Part shown: positions 9,203 to 18,731 of the stretch, piece by piece
Layout of the letters: the number at the start of each line of letters is the position of its first letter
Numbering within the stretch: the first letter of the stretch is position 1
The notes under the pieces: model-generated
What the model saw: the letters and a program-made list of their open reading frames with translations, nothing else
Database searches by the model: none
Told to the model about the DNA's origin: nothing
From: Syntrophales bacterium
GTDB taxonomy: Bacteria > Desulfobacterota > Syntrophia > Syntrophales > UBA2210
NCBI GenBank assembly: GCA_963662405.2
Contig: CAXXKT010000001.1
Span: 384,001 to 448,000, forward strand
Reading direction: 5' to 3'
Length of the DNA stretch: 64,000 nt
Translations under genes and position numbers: made by a program

Positions 9203-10033
9203 TCATGCCGCAGCCTGTCCCTGTGGTAATGATTCAAAATAAACCATAGCCGGTGTCTTCCTGTCAAAAGTATTGTGCCACCGTTTCTCGTTGTAGAATT
9301 GAAAATAGTCGGTAAGCCCCTTCTTCAACTCTTTCATTGAACCGTATGCCTTCAGATAGATATCTTCGTACTTGACGCTCTTCCAGAGCCGTTCGATGAA
9401 GACATTGTCCATCCATCGACCCTTACCGTCCATGCTGACGGAGATGCCATGAGAACGAAGGACATCCGTGAATGCCTCTGAGGTAAACTGGCTGCCCTGA
9501 TCGGTGTTGAAAATATCCGGGCACCCATACGTGGAGAGAGCTTCTTCAAGCGCATCCACACAAAACGCACTGTCCGACGTATTCGACGCACGCCAGGAGA
9601 GGACCATCCGGCTCGCCCAGTCCATAACGGCTACCAGATAACAAAACCCTCGTTCCATGGGAATATACGTGATATCGGCAGACCACACGTGGTTGGGACG
9701 GGTGATATCAAGTCCCCGCAACAGATACGGATATATCGGGTGCTGGGGATGCTTTATCGATAATCTCGGCTTGATGTACAACGCCTCGATCCCCATGCGA
9801 CGCATCAAACGACGTACCTTGTCACGGCTGATATCATACCCTCTCTTCCACAGTTCGTTGCGAATCTTCCGACTCCCATAGAAGGGATACTGAAGATGAA
9901 TCTCATCAATCTGACGCATCAGCTCCAGATCCTTCGCGCTGACCGGAACCGGAGAGTAATAAACACTCGATCGGGACAGATCCAAGAGTTCGCATTGACG
10001 GGTTATGGGCACACTCTTTTCTCTCTTGATCAT
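9203..10033 (-). CDS. IS3 transposase OrfB (rve/DDE domain)
   Basis: WSADITYI, FNTDQGSQFTS, DNVFIERLWKSVKYE. Confidence 0.95.
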   Translation of the reverse strand: MIKREKSVPITRQCELLDLSRSSVYYSPVPVSAKDLELMRQIDEIHLQYPFYGSRKIRNELWKRGYDISRDKVRRLMRRMGIEALYIKPRLSIKHPQHPIYPYLLRGLDITRPNHVWSADITYIPMERGFCYLVAVMDWASRMVLSWRASNTSDSAFCVDALEEALSTYGCPDIFNTDQGSQFTSEAFTDVLRSHGISVSMDGKGRWMDNVFIERLWKSVKYEDIYLKAYGSMKELKKGLTDYFQFYNEKRWHNTFDRKTPAMVYFESLPQGQAAA

Positions 10034-10332
10034 CGCTTTGCGCTCGCTCCGTTGATGCGACCGAGCGCATGTGATAAAAAATCATTCTCCATCGATAACT
10101 GCCCGATCTTGGCGTGAAGTTCTTTCACATCCGGACCCTGGTTGTCCTTATGACCCTTGCCAAATACGTCCGATGCATGATCCAGCAACTGCTTCTTCCA
10201 TGCGGTAATCTGGTTTGGGTGAACCTGGTACCGCTCGGCAAGCTCAACGATCGTCTGGTCCCCTTTCAAGGCCTCCAATGCTACCTTCGCCTTGAAGGAC
10301 GGTGCATGGTTCCTCCGTGGTCTTTTGCTCAT
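10030..10332 (-). CDS. IS3 transposase OrfA (HTH)
   Basis: RRNHAPSFKAKVALEA...ELAERYQVHPNQITAWKKQ; ATGA overlap with orfB. Confidence 0.93.
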   Translation of the reverse strand: MSKRPRRNHAPSFKAKVALEALKGDQTIVELAERYQVHPNQITAWKKQLLDHASDVFGKGHKDNQGPDVKELHAKIGQLSMENDFLSHALGRINGASAKR

Positions 10333-10541
10333 ATCTCTTTCCTCCTTACGTCCACTATAGAGCAACTTGCCCACTTATGCACCTGTCCAAATTTGCCCGA
10401 CCAGCTCTTAGCGTAGCGGAAAAACAGAGAGGGAAAAGATAGGTTGCCTAGGGTGAAGATGGTTAGAGGAAGGATTAATGCTTTGTCCGTGATAAAATAG
10501 CGTTCCCTAATAATAAAAGAAAGAATGTTTCTAATTCCCAA

Positions 10542-10949
10542 TTATTTAACAAGAGACGGATCTTTTAAAATTAACTTAATGTCGTCATAATTGGCGCGAA
10601 ATATCTGTCTTCTGCGGCTTCCATTGAAGTGTTGCTTCAGTTCATCCCGAAACGAAAATCTTTTTTCAGTTGTTGGCCTTGTGCAAAGGATATCATTACT
10701 TAGTAACTCTATTTGGCACTGATATTCCAATCTTTTGATAATTTTTTCATCATAAAAGTCTTCGTTGATATTCTCTCCCTTCTTACCAGCTTTAAATACT
10801 CCCATGATTTGTTTGACACCGGTGCGATAGTAAATAATGTAGTCACCTTCTGATACCAAATCCATTTGCGCTTTATTCCAGAATCCAATAAGATTTTTAT
10901 CGATATCCCATAATTTCTCTTGGTGTACCACAAACCATATAGCTTTCAT
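10542..10949 (-). CDS. EVE/PUA-like domain protein
   Basis: LIGFW...VSEGDYIIYYRTGVKQIMGVFK pattern typical of EVE-like folds; AGGAG RBS; AT-rich. Confidence 0.6.
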   Translation of the reverse strand: MKAIWFVVHQEKLWDIDKNLIGFWNKAQMDLVSEGDYIIYYRTGVKQIMGVFKAGKKGENINEDFYDEKIIKRLEYQCQIELLSNDILCTRPTTEKRFSFRDELKQHFNGSRRRQIFRANYDDIKLILKDPSLVK

Positions 10950-10999
10950 TTTTGCTCCTGCAAAACGGGGATAATTTACTCTAAGCATCTATGGGAGCT

Positions 11000-12256
11000 T
11001 TAAGGCATTGTTTTGTCAACCAATTTATTCAACAGTTTGTACAATTCGTTTTCTTTGCTTGTCCAAAATCTGAACGGGGCAAATCCAATTCTATTACCTT
11101 TCACTTCCTGCTTCTTTAGATCAACATTTTCTCGAACCCGTTCCGAGTAATATGGTTCATCATATATCTTTTTGAGTGAATCCATTGAAAATTCGAGAAT
11201 TCGCTCTTCATATTTGGATAAATCGAAGTTCCTCCTTAAGAGTTCAGTATGAGCTTCTATAGACAACGCTACCGTAGTCTTAAAAGCATAACGTTCATGA
11301 GACTTGCGAATAGAGCTGAACTGCGAAACGCAGAAAAAAAGATAGTAAGCTATTGGGAGTGTGTAAAGGAATCTAAGATAAAATTCATATGATAAATTCT
11401 GAATACTCCAGTTGTTACACCAAATTTGTCCAACTAAAATCAAAAGTATTAACAAAAACCAAATAACTGACAAAGAACGCACGCTTGTATACCATTTACC
11501 AAGCTCGTTAAAGAGGGCTTTACGACGCTCATCAAATGCACCGGCCATTGTTTTGTTTGTGGCAATTTCATATAAATTAGAGATTTTGTTGTTTGTCTCT
11601 GTGGCTTCACTCAAGATGGCCTGTATTAGTTCATTAGAATTTTCTGATTTTTCAAGTAGACTATTGATCTTGTTGGAGTGCTCTTGACATATTTTGAGTA
11701 TTTTATCGATTTCAGAATGAGATAATTGCGTTTCCTCTAACTTGGACTTCATTAAGCTTAATAGATCTTTGGCTTTGTCAACATTGATATTAATATTATC
11801 AAGGCCAATAGAGATAAGCTCTTCATTGTTTCTTGCTTTAGCCTCTATTGATTTTATGGATGCCGATATTTTTCTTATCGACTGAATGGTGGCCCTAAAT
11901 TCCGTATTTACTTCTTTTATCCGTTTTTTTCTCTCCTCTAAATCCTTTCGAAAAGTGTCTGCTTCAGCTAGTGCTTTTTTTAACCCTGTTTTTCGGTTCA
12001 AGATTTTCTCACGAAGGGGAAGGAACGATTCTTTATAAAATGTTTCTGCACGTTCAAGCTTCTGAGAAATAAGTCTTTGCTCTCTTCGATATTTTTTAAG
12101 AACAAAATTCGCATCCGTTTGAATTTTATTTAGCTGATCAATAAGGGATTTAATTTGTTTGTCTTTTTTAGATAGGTTTTGACTGGTACGTTGAGCTTCC
12201 GAGTATATAGATTTTATCTCATCAAGTTGTTGCATGGCTTTTTCTTTTTTGTTCAT
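11000..12256 (-). CDS. Long coiled-coil protein with two C-terminal transmembrane helices
   Basis: About 240 aa of heptad-rich sequence, then AGAFDERR, two TM helices and HERYAFK; AT-rich. Confidence 0.8.
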   Translation of the reverse strand: MNKKEKAMQQLDEIKSIYSEAQRTSQNLSKKDKQIKSLIDQLNKIQTDANFVLKKYRREQRLISQKLERAETFYKESFLPLREKILNRKTGLKKALAEADTFRKDLEERKKRIKEVNTEFRATIQSIRKISASIKSIEAKARNNEELISIGLDNININVDKAKDLLSLMKSKLEETQLSHSEIDKILKICQEHSNKINSLLEKSENSNELIQAILSEATETNNKISNLYEIATNKTMAGAFDERRKALFNELGKWYTSVRSLSVIWFLLILLILVGQIWCNNWSIQNLSYEFYLRFLYTLPIAYYLFFCVSQFSSIRKSHERYAFKTTVALSIEAHTELLRRNFDLSKYEERILEFSMDSLKKIYDEPYYSERVRENVDLKKQEVKGNRIGFAPFRFWTSKENELYKLLNKLVDKTMP

Positions 12257-12290
12257 CGCAAATCTCCCAATCAATAAGAGTGCTGTGAAT

Positions 12291-12444
12291 AAAAAAGCCC
12301 CATCTCTCGTTTTGAGAAACAGGGCTTTCGATGATCAGACCATAATCCCCCCTCGGTTATTACAGCTGTTCAGAAGCTAATCAGAAAAACACAATCAAGA
12401 TCAAAACATGAAAAACCACTACCTCCCTTACGCCATCCTGTCAA
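12291..12444 (-). promoter_or_regulatory. Micro-ORF/terminator leader element, copy E (divergent)
   Basis: TTGACA...GGAGGTA, then GAGGGGGG-att-ATGGTCTGA (12343-12335), then hairpin 12328-12291 with U-tract. Confidence 0.75.
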
Positions 12445-12500
12445 GTAGTATTGTCCGTTTCCTCGGCTTCCCGCGCCGGCAGGGGGCCGAGTGCGGCCCC

Positions 12501-13613
12501 CTATGTACTTCTCATGACAAACCGGTCCCGCCCCGCATCCTTTGCTTCATAGAGCGCCTGATCCGCCGAGTGGACCAGATCATCGAAATCCAGGTCCCCT
12601 GGTGAATCGGTACATATCGCCCCGATAGAAACGGTAATCCGATTAAAGGGACTGGCTTCATGGGGATACGAGAGATCTCTGGTCCCCCGGATGATTTGTT
12701 CCGCCATCTGTTTCACCGTCTCCGCGGAGGTCGATGAAAAGATAATGGCAAACTCTTCCCCTCCGTAACGAAAGACAAAATCGGTCTGTCGTCTGACCTG
12801 GGAGGCAAGCATCCGCGAGAAGGCTACCAGCAGGGTGTCACCGGCCTGATGGCCGTAGGTGTCATTGTACTTCTTGAAATAATCGATATCCGCCATGATG
12901 AACCCGATCGCCAAACCGGTACGTCGGTGCTGCTTGACGATATGGGGGATCACTTCGTCCATGTAGCGGCGATTGTAGAGACCTGTGAGGGTGTCCTTTA
13001 TGGCACGTTCGTTCAACTCTCCCATTATTCCTTCCAGCTTTTTCTGGGCGGAGAGGCGTGTCCGCTCAAACACCAGCGTAAAAAGGGTAACGCCGAGATA
13101 ACTGTAGAAAATACGCAGTATCTTTCCCCCGGAATAGTGAACGAATATCGGGATATGATCGGAAAATGCGTTCACGAACAGAGAAAGGAGGATAATCGAT
13201 AGAGAGAAAAAGGTTCCCAGGCCTGTTCCGAGAAGAAAGAGGGAAATCAGCGGGAAGAGATAATACCAGACAAAGACCATCTGGTTCCCCGCCCCGCTAT
13301 GAAACAGGAACATCAAAAAGACCTGAAGGCAGGAGATGCTCACAATGCTGTAGAGCCGCAGCCGTTTTCCCGTGCGGACGAAGAAAAAAAGAACGATAAG
13401 GAAGACACCGAAACAGAGATTGAGGAGGGCATAAAAGCGCGATTCCTCGATAACCAGGAGGAAGCTCATCATGACAAGAAAGACCACCCCGAGCAGCGTC
13501 AGGGCGTACAGCATGATCCGCTTGCGCAGTTCTTCGCTCTCCTCGATTGTTTCGGAGGGATGAACCGGGAGATTAAATATTTTTTTCAGCAATATGTCTT
13601 TTAAGTGAAGCAT
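12501..13613 (-). CDS. Membrane-bound diguanylate cyclase (GGDEF)
   Basis: Six N-terminal TM segments; DTLTGLYNRR, DIDYFKKYND, RYGGEEF. Confidence 0.93.
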   Translation of the reverse strand: MLHLKDILLKKIFNLPVHPSETIEESEELRKRIMLYALTLLGVVFLVMMSFLLVIEESRFYALLNLCFGVFLIVLFFFVRTGKRLRLYSIVSISCLQVFLMFLFHSGAGNQMVFVWYYLFPLISLFLLGTGLGTFFSLSIILLSLFVNAFSDHIPIFVHYSGGKILRIFYSYLGVTLFTLVFERTRLSAQKKLEGIMGELNERAIKDTLTGLYNRRYMDEVIPHIVKQHRRTGLAIGFIMADIDYFKKYNDTYGHQAGDTLLVAFSRMLASQVRRQTDFVFRYGGEEFAIIFSSTSAETVKQMAEQIIRGTRDLSYPHEASPFNRITVSIGAICTDSPGDLDFDDLVHSADQALYEAKDAGRDRFVMRST

Positions 13614-13803
13614 CTTCTGAACTGCGGATGGCCTGTGTTTGATTTTGGAAAATATGTAAGTGAGTTTTGCATCATGCGTGTATGATACAAAGAAAGGTGT
13701 TCTTTAATCAACATCACGGTTGAGACTTCTGCCGGGAGCTTTTTGAAACCATAAGGAACGGGAAAACTCAGAAGATAAACAGGGAAAAGCGTCCTCTAAC
13801 TAT

Positions 13804-13871
13804 AAAAGCTCTATCGTTTTTTGAAAAACAAAACTCTTGATTATCAAACCATACTCCTACCACCCGGTCAA
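13804..13871 (-). promoter_or_regulatory. Micro-ORF/terminator leader element, copy G (internally shortened)
   Basis: TTGACCGG...AGGAG-t-ATGGTTTGA (13852-13844), then a G.U-rich hairpin ending CGATAGAGCTTTT. Confidence 0.55.
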
Positions 13872-13975
13872 GGGAATAGCGTAGTGACGGGAGAGGGGAA
13901 TAGATCGAATATGACATCTGGCACTAAGCATTTGTTATTGTTTTATCTTTAATAAATAGGCGCTGTCCCTATTTA
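13866..13975. repeat. Imperfect ~110-bp direct repeat, copy 2
   Basis: Shares both ends with 9015-9126. Confidence 0.75.
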
Positions 13976-13977
13976 TG

Positions 13978-14598
13978 CTATTTATGGTGACGCTCAATGA
14001 CGAAATGACACATAGGCGCGCCGTCCACAATACGATTTCCAATGCCGTTGCGGTGGAAGGTCAATTCTTCCGGAAGATAGGTATTGAAAATCGCGTTATC
14101 AACCTCGCACATCAGCCTCGTCAATTCGGGGATTCCGAGGGAAGTGTAGAGCTCATGAAACATGCACTTGTAAACACGAAACTCGTATCTGCAATCGCTT
14201 TGTTCCAGGATTTCCATTGTGTTCCAGCGCGTGGGGCCTTCCTGGTTGGTGCGCTGCTGGTACTGTATCAGGTTGTCGAAGGTGCGCGGGGCCTCCACGT
14301 TCCGAAAATTTCCCTGCTGGACTGCCAGCCCGACAGGAAGGACAAAGGCCCGCACAATCTCATATGCTAATTTCTGCCCGACCCGTTTTTTGAGCCGCAT
14401 ATACATCCATGTCTGCAACGCGGTGATTTCAACAAACTCCCTGGGTATATCCCCGGGCAGTTGTTTTTTGAATCCCGGCAGGGTGAAAAGGGTCGATAAT
14501 AAAAACCACAAAGGATTCCTGATATACCCCTGCAATATGCCGAACGCCATCAGTGCCTTATTGGCCTTTCCCGGTTGATCAATATTTGTCTTCAGCAT
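13978..14598 (-). CDS. L-2-amino-thiazoline-4-carboxylic acid hydrolase-like protein
   Basis: YKCMFHEL...GIPELTRLMCEVD...IVDGAPMCHF; AGGAG RBS. Confidence 0.75.
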   Translation of the reverse strand: MLKTNIDQPGKANKALMAFGILQGYIRNPLWFLLSTLFTLPGFKKQLPGDIPREFVEITALQTWMYMRLKKRVGQKLAYEIVRAFVLPVGLAVQQGNFRNVEAPRTFDNLIQYQQRTNQEGPTRWNTMEILEQSDCRYEFRVYKCMFHELYTSLGIPELTRLMCEVDNAIFNTYLPEELTFHRNGIGNRIVDGAPMCHFVIERHHK

Positions 14599-14726
14599 GT
14601 GCGATCTCCTTGTTTTCATTAAACCCTTCGTAGACAAAGCGAATTCCGGATTGTATTGCCGTGAACGAACAGGCAGGAGGAGAATATGAGGTCCTCTCCA
14701 CACCTGCCCGCTTCCTCGCCGTGCCC

Positions 14727-15485
14727 CTATCCTCGGAGCGCGTCCATGATCGACCGTGCCTTCCGGAAGATAAACGGTTTCATGAGTCGTTTAAGGAAAC
14801 AGACGTGCTCCTCTTCCCACGCGAGGAGGGGTTCGAGCGTGTCCCCGTGAAACGACGGTCTGTCCGTCGCCTCCCAGAATTCCTGGGTCCCCTTCATCCC
14901 TTCCGGCAAAAAGTCGGTTTTGTAGGCCGTGACGATCTCCGGATACCGGCCGAAGTTTATCTTCCTGTCCAGGCAGATGTCGTACAGTTCTTGGTCGAAG
15001 GACGGGTCAAAGGAACGCCACGTTCCCCGATACCTGATTTCCACCACCGTGTGCGGAAAGGGATCGGCCCACCTCTCATAGATGTAAGAGGGGAGAAAAT
15101 CCTCCAGCGCCTGTTTGTGGACATAGACGAAGCGGAAACGGGTCTGAAATCCGGCCCGGCGCGCCATCGCGGAGAGCAGGTTCGCCTTCTGCATGCAGAC
15201 GCCGAAACCGTTTTGCAGGACCTCCTCCGCCGGGATGTTCTGCGGATAGATCCAGTTGAAATCAATCTCATCACGGACATACAGGAAAAGCCTTTCGAGC
15301 TTTTCCGTATCCGTTGACGCCCCCGCGATCACCTCCTCCGTTGTCGATGGTATGTCCCGTTCCGGATACTGTGGTTGAACGCTCCCCGCGCATGCCGATA
15401 GGGCGACGCAGGTGACGGCAACCACCAGCAGGCGTACGGTAAACCCTGCCAGTTGTTTTATGCTGTTTGCTGTGTTGTTTTTCAT
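14727..15485 (-). CDS. Transglutaminase-like lipoprotein
   Basis: Lipobox LSAC; catalytic GVCMQKA, PHTVVE, FDPS. Confidence 0.85.
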   Translation of the reverse strand: MKNNTANSIKQLAGFTVRLLVVAVTCVALSACAGSVQPQYPERDIPSTTEEVIAGASTDTEKLERLFLYVRDEIDFNWIYPQNIPAEEVLQNGFGVCMQKANLLSAMARRAGFQTRFRFVYVHKQALEDFLPSYIYERWADPFPHTVVEIRYRGTWRSFDPSFDQELYDICLDRKINFGRYPEIVTAYKTDFLPEGMKGTQEFWEATDRPSFHGDTLEPLLAWEEEHVCFLKRLMKPFIFRKARSIMDALRG

Positions 15486-15511
15486 CAGAGCCTCCTGTCT
15501 CGTCATCCATG

Positions 15512-15524
15512 TTAACCAGGTTAA
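15512..15524. promoter_or_regulatory. Putative MarR operator
   Basis: Palindrome TTAACC-A-GGTTAA, identical to 16000-16012. Confidence 0.7.
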
Positions 15525-15542
15525 TCTTATGGTTAAAATTTT

Positions 15543-15989
15543 TTACTTCCCGGCGATGTCCCTGATTTTTTGAAAATAGTCCCTGATAACCTGATAGTCC
15601 TTTTCCGGGAGGGCCGATTCTATCTCGAAGAGCGGTCCGAACGTCCGATCCTCGAATTCCTGATGCCCGAGGGCGGCGGTCTGTCCTTTCCCGGTCAGGT
15701 TGAAGATGACTTCACGATTGTTATCGACCCGTTTGCTCTTGAACAGGTAGCCCATCTTGACCAGCTTGGCGACGAACTTTGACGCGGCGGCCTTGGAGAT
15801 GGAGAGCCGCGCGGCCAGTTCCGTCAGGTTGCAGCCGGGCGATTCGCCGACCGCCACGACGGTATGGATGTGGGAGGCATACAGGAGATCGCCGGTTCCA
15901 TAGTCCCGGGGCGTGCTTTCCAACTCCTGGAGATAGAGATGGGACATATAAATCATATCGAGGATGCGTTCGCGGTTTTGGATGTCCAT
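15543..15989 (-). CDS. MarR family transcriptional regulator
   Basis: NLTELAARLSISKAAASKFVAKLVKMGYL...DNNREVIFNLTGKG. Confidence 0.9.
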   Translation of the reverse strand: MDIQNRERILDMIYMSHLYLQELESTPRDYGTGDLLYASHIHTVVAVGESPGCNLTELAARLSISKAAASKFVAKLVKMGYLFKSKRVDNNREVIFNLTGKGQTAALGHQEFEDRTFGPLFEIESALPEKDYQVIRDYFQKIRDIAGK

Positions 15990-15996
15990 GGCGGGC

Positions 15997-16025
15997 ATAT
16001 TAACCAGGTTAACAATACGTGTCAA
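15997..16025 (-). promoter_or_regulatory. marR promoter with overlapping operator (probably leaderless)
   Basis: TTGACA-17-TAATAT; palindrome 16000-16012 in the spacer; ATG 7 nt after the -10 box with no SD. Confidence 0.7.
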
Positions 16026-16408
16026 GCAAAAAGAGATGGCATGGCGAGAGCGTGCTCCGTGGCGGACAGATCCGTTGCCGGTGACACCGCTTTGGGCCTT
16101 TTCCCCGTGCCTTCCAGACGTCTCCGAAAGAACAGCATTTGAACGGACCGTAAAAGATGATATGATATTCTCATCAAGAGGGTTCATATGCCGCCAGTCA
16201 ACATAAAAAAGGTGGGGAATATATGGATGAGAAAAAGGCGGCTCTGCGTTTTAATCAGAAACCGGCGAATATGGCAAGCCTGGCACTGAAGATCCGGGAT
16301 GTCCTCGGAGACACAGTCAACGTGTGATCGAATCCCGACGCTTCCGTTTTTCAGGGTACAACCGTTATCCCTCTTTTTGCGCCAATGCGAACCAGGGGAG
16401 GTTGCCGT

Positions 16409-16891
16409 ATGAGCGACATCGAAAGGGTCAAGCCCCAACCGGCACCTGATTTCGAGATTGTCGACAGCGAGGGACGACCGCTCAGGTTTTCCAGTTATAA
16501 GGGGAACAGGCATGTCGTCCTCATCTTCAACCGCGGTTTTACCTGACCCTACTGCCGGAGGCACATGGCGCAGGTGTGCCGGGACTACCCGAAATTCGTA
16601 AAAAGGGATGCCGAGGTCATCGCCATCGGCCCGGAGAAGCCGCAGGCATTCGCCGACTGGTGGCGCGAACATGCCATGCCGTTCCCCGGACTGGCCGACC
16701 CGGAACACACGGTATCGAAGTTGTACGGACAGGAGGTCAGGTTCTTCAAGCTGGGACGCATGCCGGCACAACTGATTATCGACAAGAACGGGATGATTCG
16801 CTACCGGCATTATGGCAATTCAATGAAGGACATAGCCGAAAACAGTGACCTGTTGTCCAAACTCGATGAGTTGAATCAGGAAGAAAGGTAA
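16409..16891 (+). CDS. AhpC/TSA peroxiredoxin-like selenoprotein (UxxC)
   Basis: GGGGAGG RBS; APDFEIVD...VVLIFNRGFT-TGA(16544)-PYCRRHMAQ continues in frame into the 16565..16891 ORF. Confidence 0.85.
16555..16582 (+). promoter_or_regulatory. Putative bacterial SECIS hairpin
   Basis: GGCACAT-ggcgcag-GTGTGCC stem-loop 13 nt after the in-frame TGA. Confidence 0.65.
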
Positions 16892-16896
16892 TTTTA

Positions 16897-17098
16897 TTCA
16901 CCGGGGAGGGAGGCAGGGCTTGCCGCATCGGTCGCCAAGATCGGCGCGGTCCTGACGGCGTTTCTCTTTCCCGTGCTGCTGCGGAATATCGGTACGGAGG
17001 CGCTTTTATACATCTTCATGGGGGCCTTGCTGCCCGGCGCAGTGATTACCGGGGTCTTTCGCATCGAGACGGCAGGGGTCAATCTGGAGACACTGTGA
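16897..17098 (+). pseudogene. MFS transporter C-terminal remnant
   Basis: AGLAASVAKIGAVLTAFLFPVLL...RIETAGVNLETL*; no start codon or N-terminal part. Confidence 0.65.
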
Positions 17099-17413
17099 AG
17101 GGCAACAAATCGCCTCCGCCACGTTATGCAATACCCCGGTTCGGAATAATTCAGACAGGATTTTCATTTTCTCCGAGCGGCGCCACATAATAGGACTGCC
17201 CCGAGTTGCTTCCGGGAAAGAGCGATTGACAAAAAATCGCGGCGTGTGCTAGGGCTCGATGCCGAGAGCCGAGCTTCATCGGCAGTTGCCTGCCCTTTTC
17301 TCTGTGTTTAAGGCGTGGACAGCACGCGTGGCGACGGCGTCACGAGGAAGAATCGCGATGCTCGGATTTGTGTCTCGTCATACATACGGATCCGGTGGAA
17401 AGGCGTGGGGGAG

Positions 17414-17968
17414 ATGTGGATAGATTTCAAAATTGGGTTGCTGACGATTTTCTTTATCATCATGACGGCAACTGCCGCCCAATCGCTCGAATTGACCAAG
17501 AGCTTCACCAATGATCCGGTGAACCCCGGCGGCACCGTGACCCTGGAATTCACCATCACGAATTCGGACGCCGAGGCGGCTTCGAATATTGGTTTCACAG
17601 ACGATCTGGATGCCGCCCTTCCGGGCCTCGTGGCAACCGATCTTCCCAAAAATGACATCTGCGGGGCGGGCTCCTCGCTGCCCGGCGCCGGTTTTCTCAC
17701 CTTTACCGGCGGCAGTCTGGCACCGGGCCAGTCCGTTTCCTTCGATGTTACGCTTCAGGTACCCGCAGGAGCGGCGGCCGGCACCTACCCCAACACGACA
17801 AGTGACTTGTTCCAGGCAGGCATCTCTGTTTGCGACCCGGCCACGGATTCCCTGACCGTGGGCGATCAGCCACCCTTCATTCCCACCCTGAGTCAATGGG
17901 GTATACTCATCCTGTTTTTCTTGACCGTTGCCATGGGCGTCGCGGCGATTAACCGCCGGCGGGCCTGA
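17414..17968 (+). CDS. Secreted DUF11-like protein with IPTL-CTERM sorting signal
   Basis: Signal peptide; LTKSF...PGGTVTLEFTITN; C-terminal IPTLSQWG, TM helix, RRRA. Confidence 0.88.
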   Translation: MWIDFKIGLLTIFFIIMTATAAQSLELTKSFTNDPVNPGGTVTLEFTITNSDAEAASNIGFTDDLDAALPGLVATDLPKNDICGAGSSLPGAGFLTFTGGSLAPGQSVSFDVTLQVPAGAAAGTYPNTTSDLFQAGISVCDPATDSLTVGDQPPFIPTLSQWGILILFFLTVAMGVAAINRRRA

Positions 17969-18075
17969 TCTTTTATCAGATCGGAATGAAACTGTTGTGT
18001 ATGAATAGGTCATAAACAGAAACAGCTATCCCCGATGGTTCTCTTTGTTGATTGCTTGTGGTAACAAAAAATGAA

Positions 18076-18378
18076 ATGAGCAGCGAAGATGGTCGGAGTA
18101 TCGAGTACCAACATGATATGGATTTGGGGTACCGGTATCATGCCTGGAATAATATCCAGCCCGGTGAGACACGCCAAAAAGAGTACTCGGGCATAAGTGC
18201 AGGCTTCTGTTTCAAAAAATTCAGAATCAGGATCAATCAAGAATTTTCAGGTTGCGAGGCGGGAAATCTGGCGAATCGATGGGTTGAGAGAATAGGAACA
18301 TGGTGCGAGAACGTTCATGTGAAAGCCAGACGTGATGGCTGTAATCTCATACTGGAAGTTGAACGTCAAGGCGGGTAG
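18076..18378 (+). CDS. Hypothetical protein
   Basis: Open frame only; no recognised motif. Confidence 0.35.
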   Translation: MSSEDGRSIEYQHDMDLGYRYHAWNNIQPGETRQKEYSGISAGFCFKKFRIRINQEFSGCEAGNLANRWVERIGTWCENVHVKARRDGCNLILEVERQGG

Positions 18379-18731
18379 CGAACATTGTGCGCACAATAGG
18401 TGCAAAGTAGCGCAGCAAGGACAACGACCTTTTCCAACAGCCATTATTCGGATCAAGAAATGGTCAGGAATGGGGTACCATCTCCAATTATCCCAGCGAT
18501 TAAAGAACAGGAGGAACAGGTGCCTATTCCCGGTTGCGGCGAAGGGATTACCAAGAACCGTATATCGTGCCATGATTCTTGTGTTGACCTGTATGTCGAC
18601 TTCTTTTATTTTTCTTTCTTAAAATAAATTGTTCTGCTAGAAAGGCAGGCACTTGCAGCGGGAAGGAAACGTCCACAATGATTCCTTCAGACGTGCTACT
18701 GTCTGCTTCTTGAGCATTTAAAGGTTTTCTC

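Larger units (their letters stand above)
9132..10410 (-). mobile_element. IS3-family element
   Basis: Imperfect terminal inverted repeats (AGAGGTGGTCCGG...GGACAGGT versus the reverse complement of 10381-10410); orfA and orfB present; no clear target-site duplication. Confidence 0.88.
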
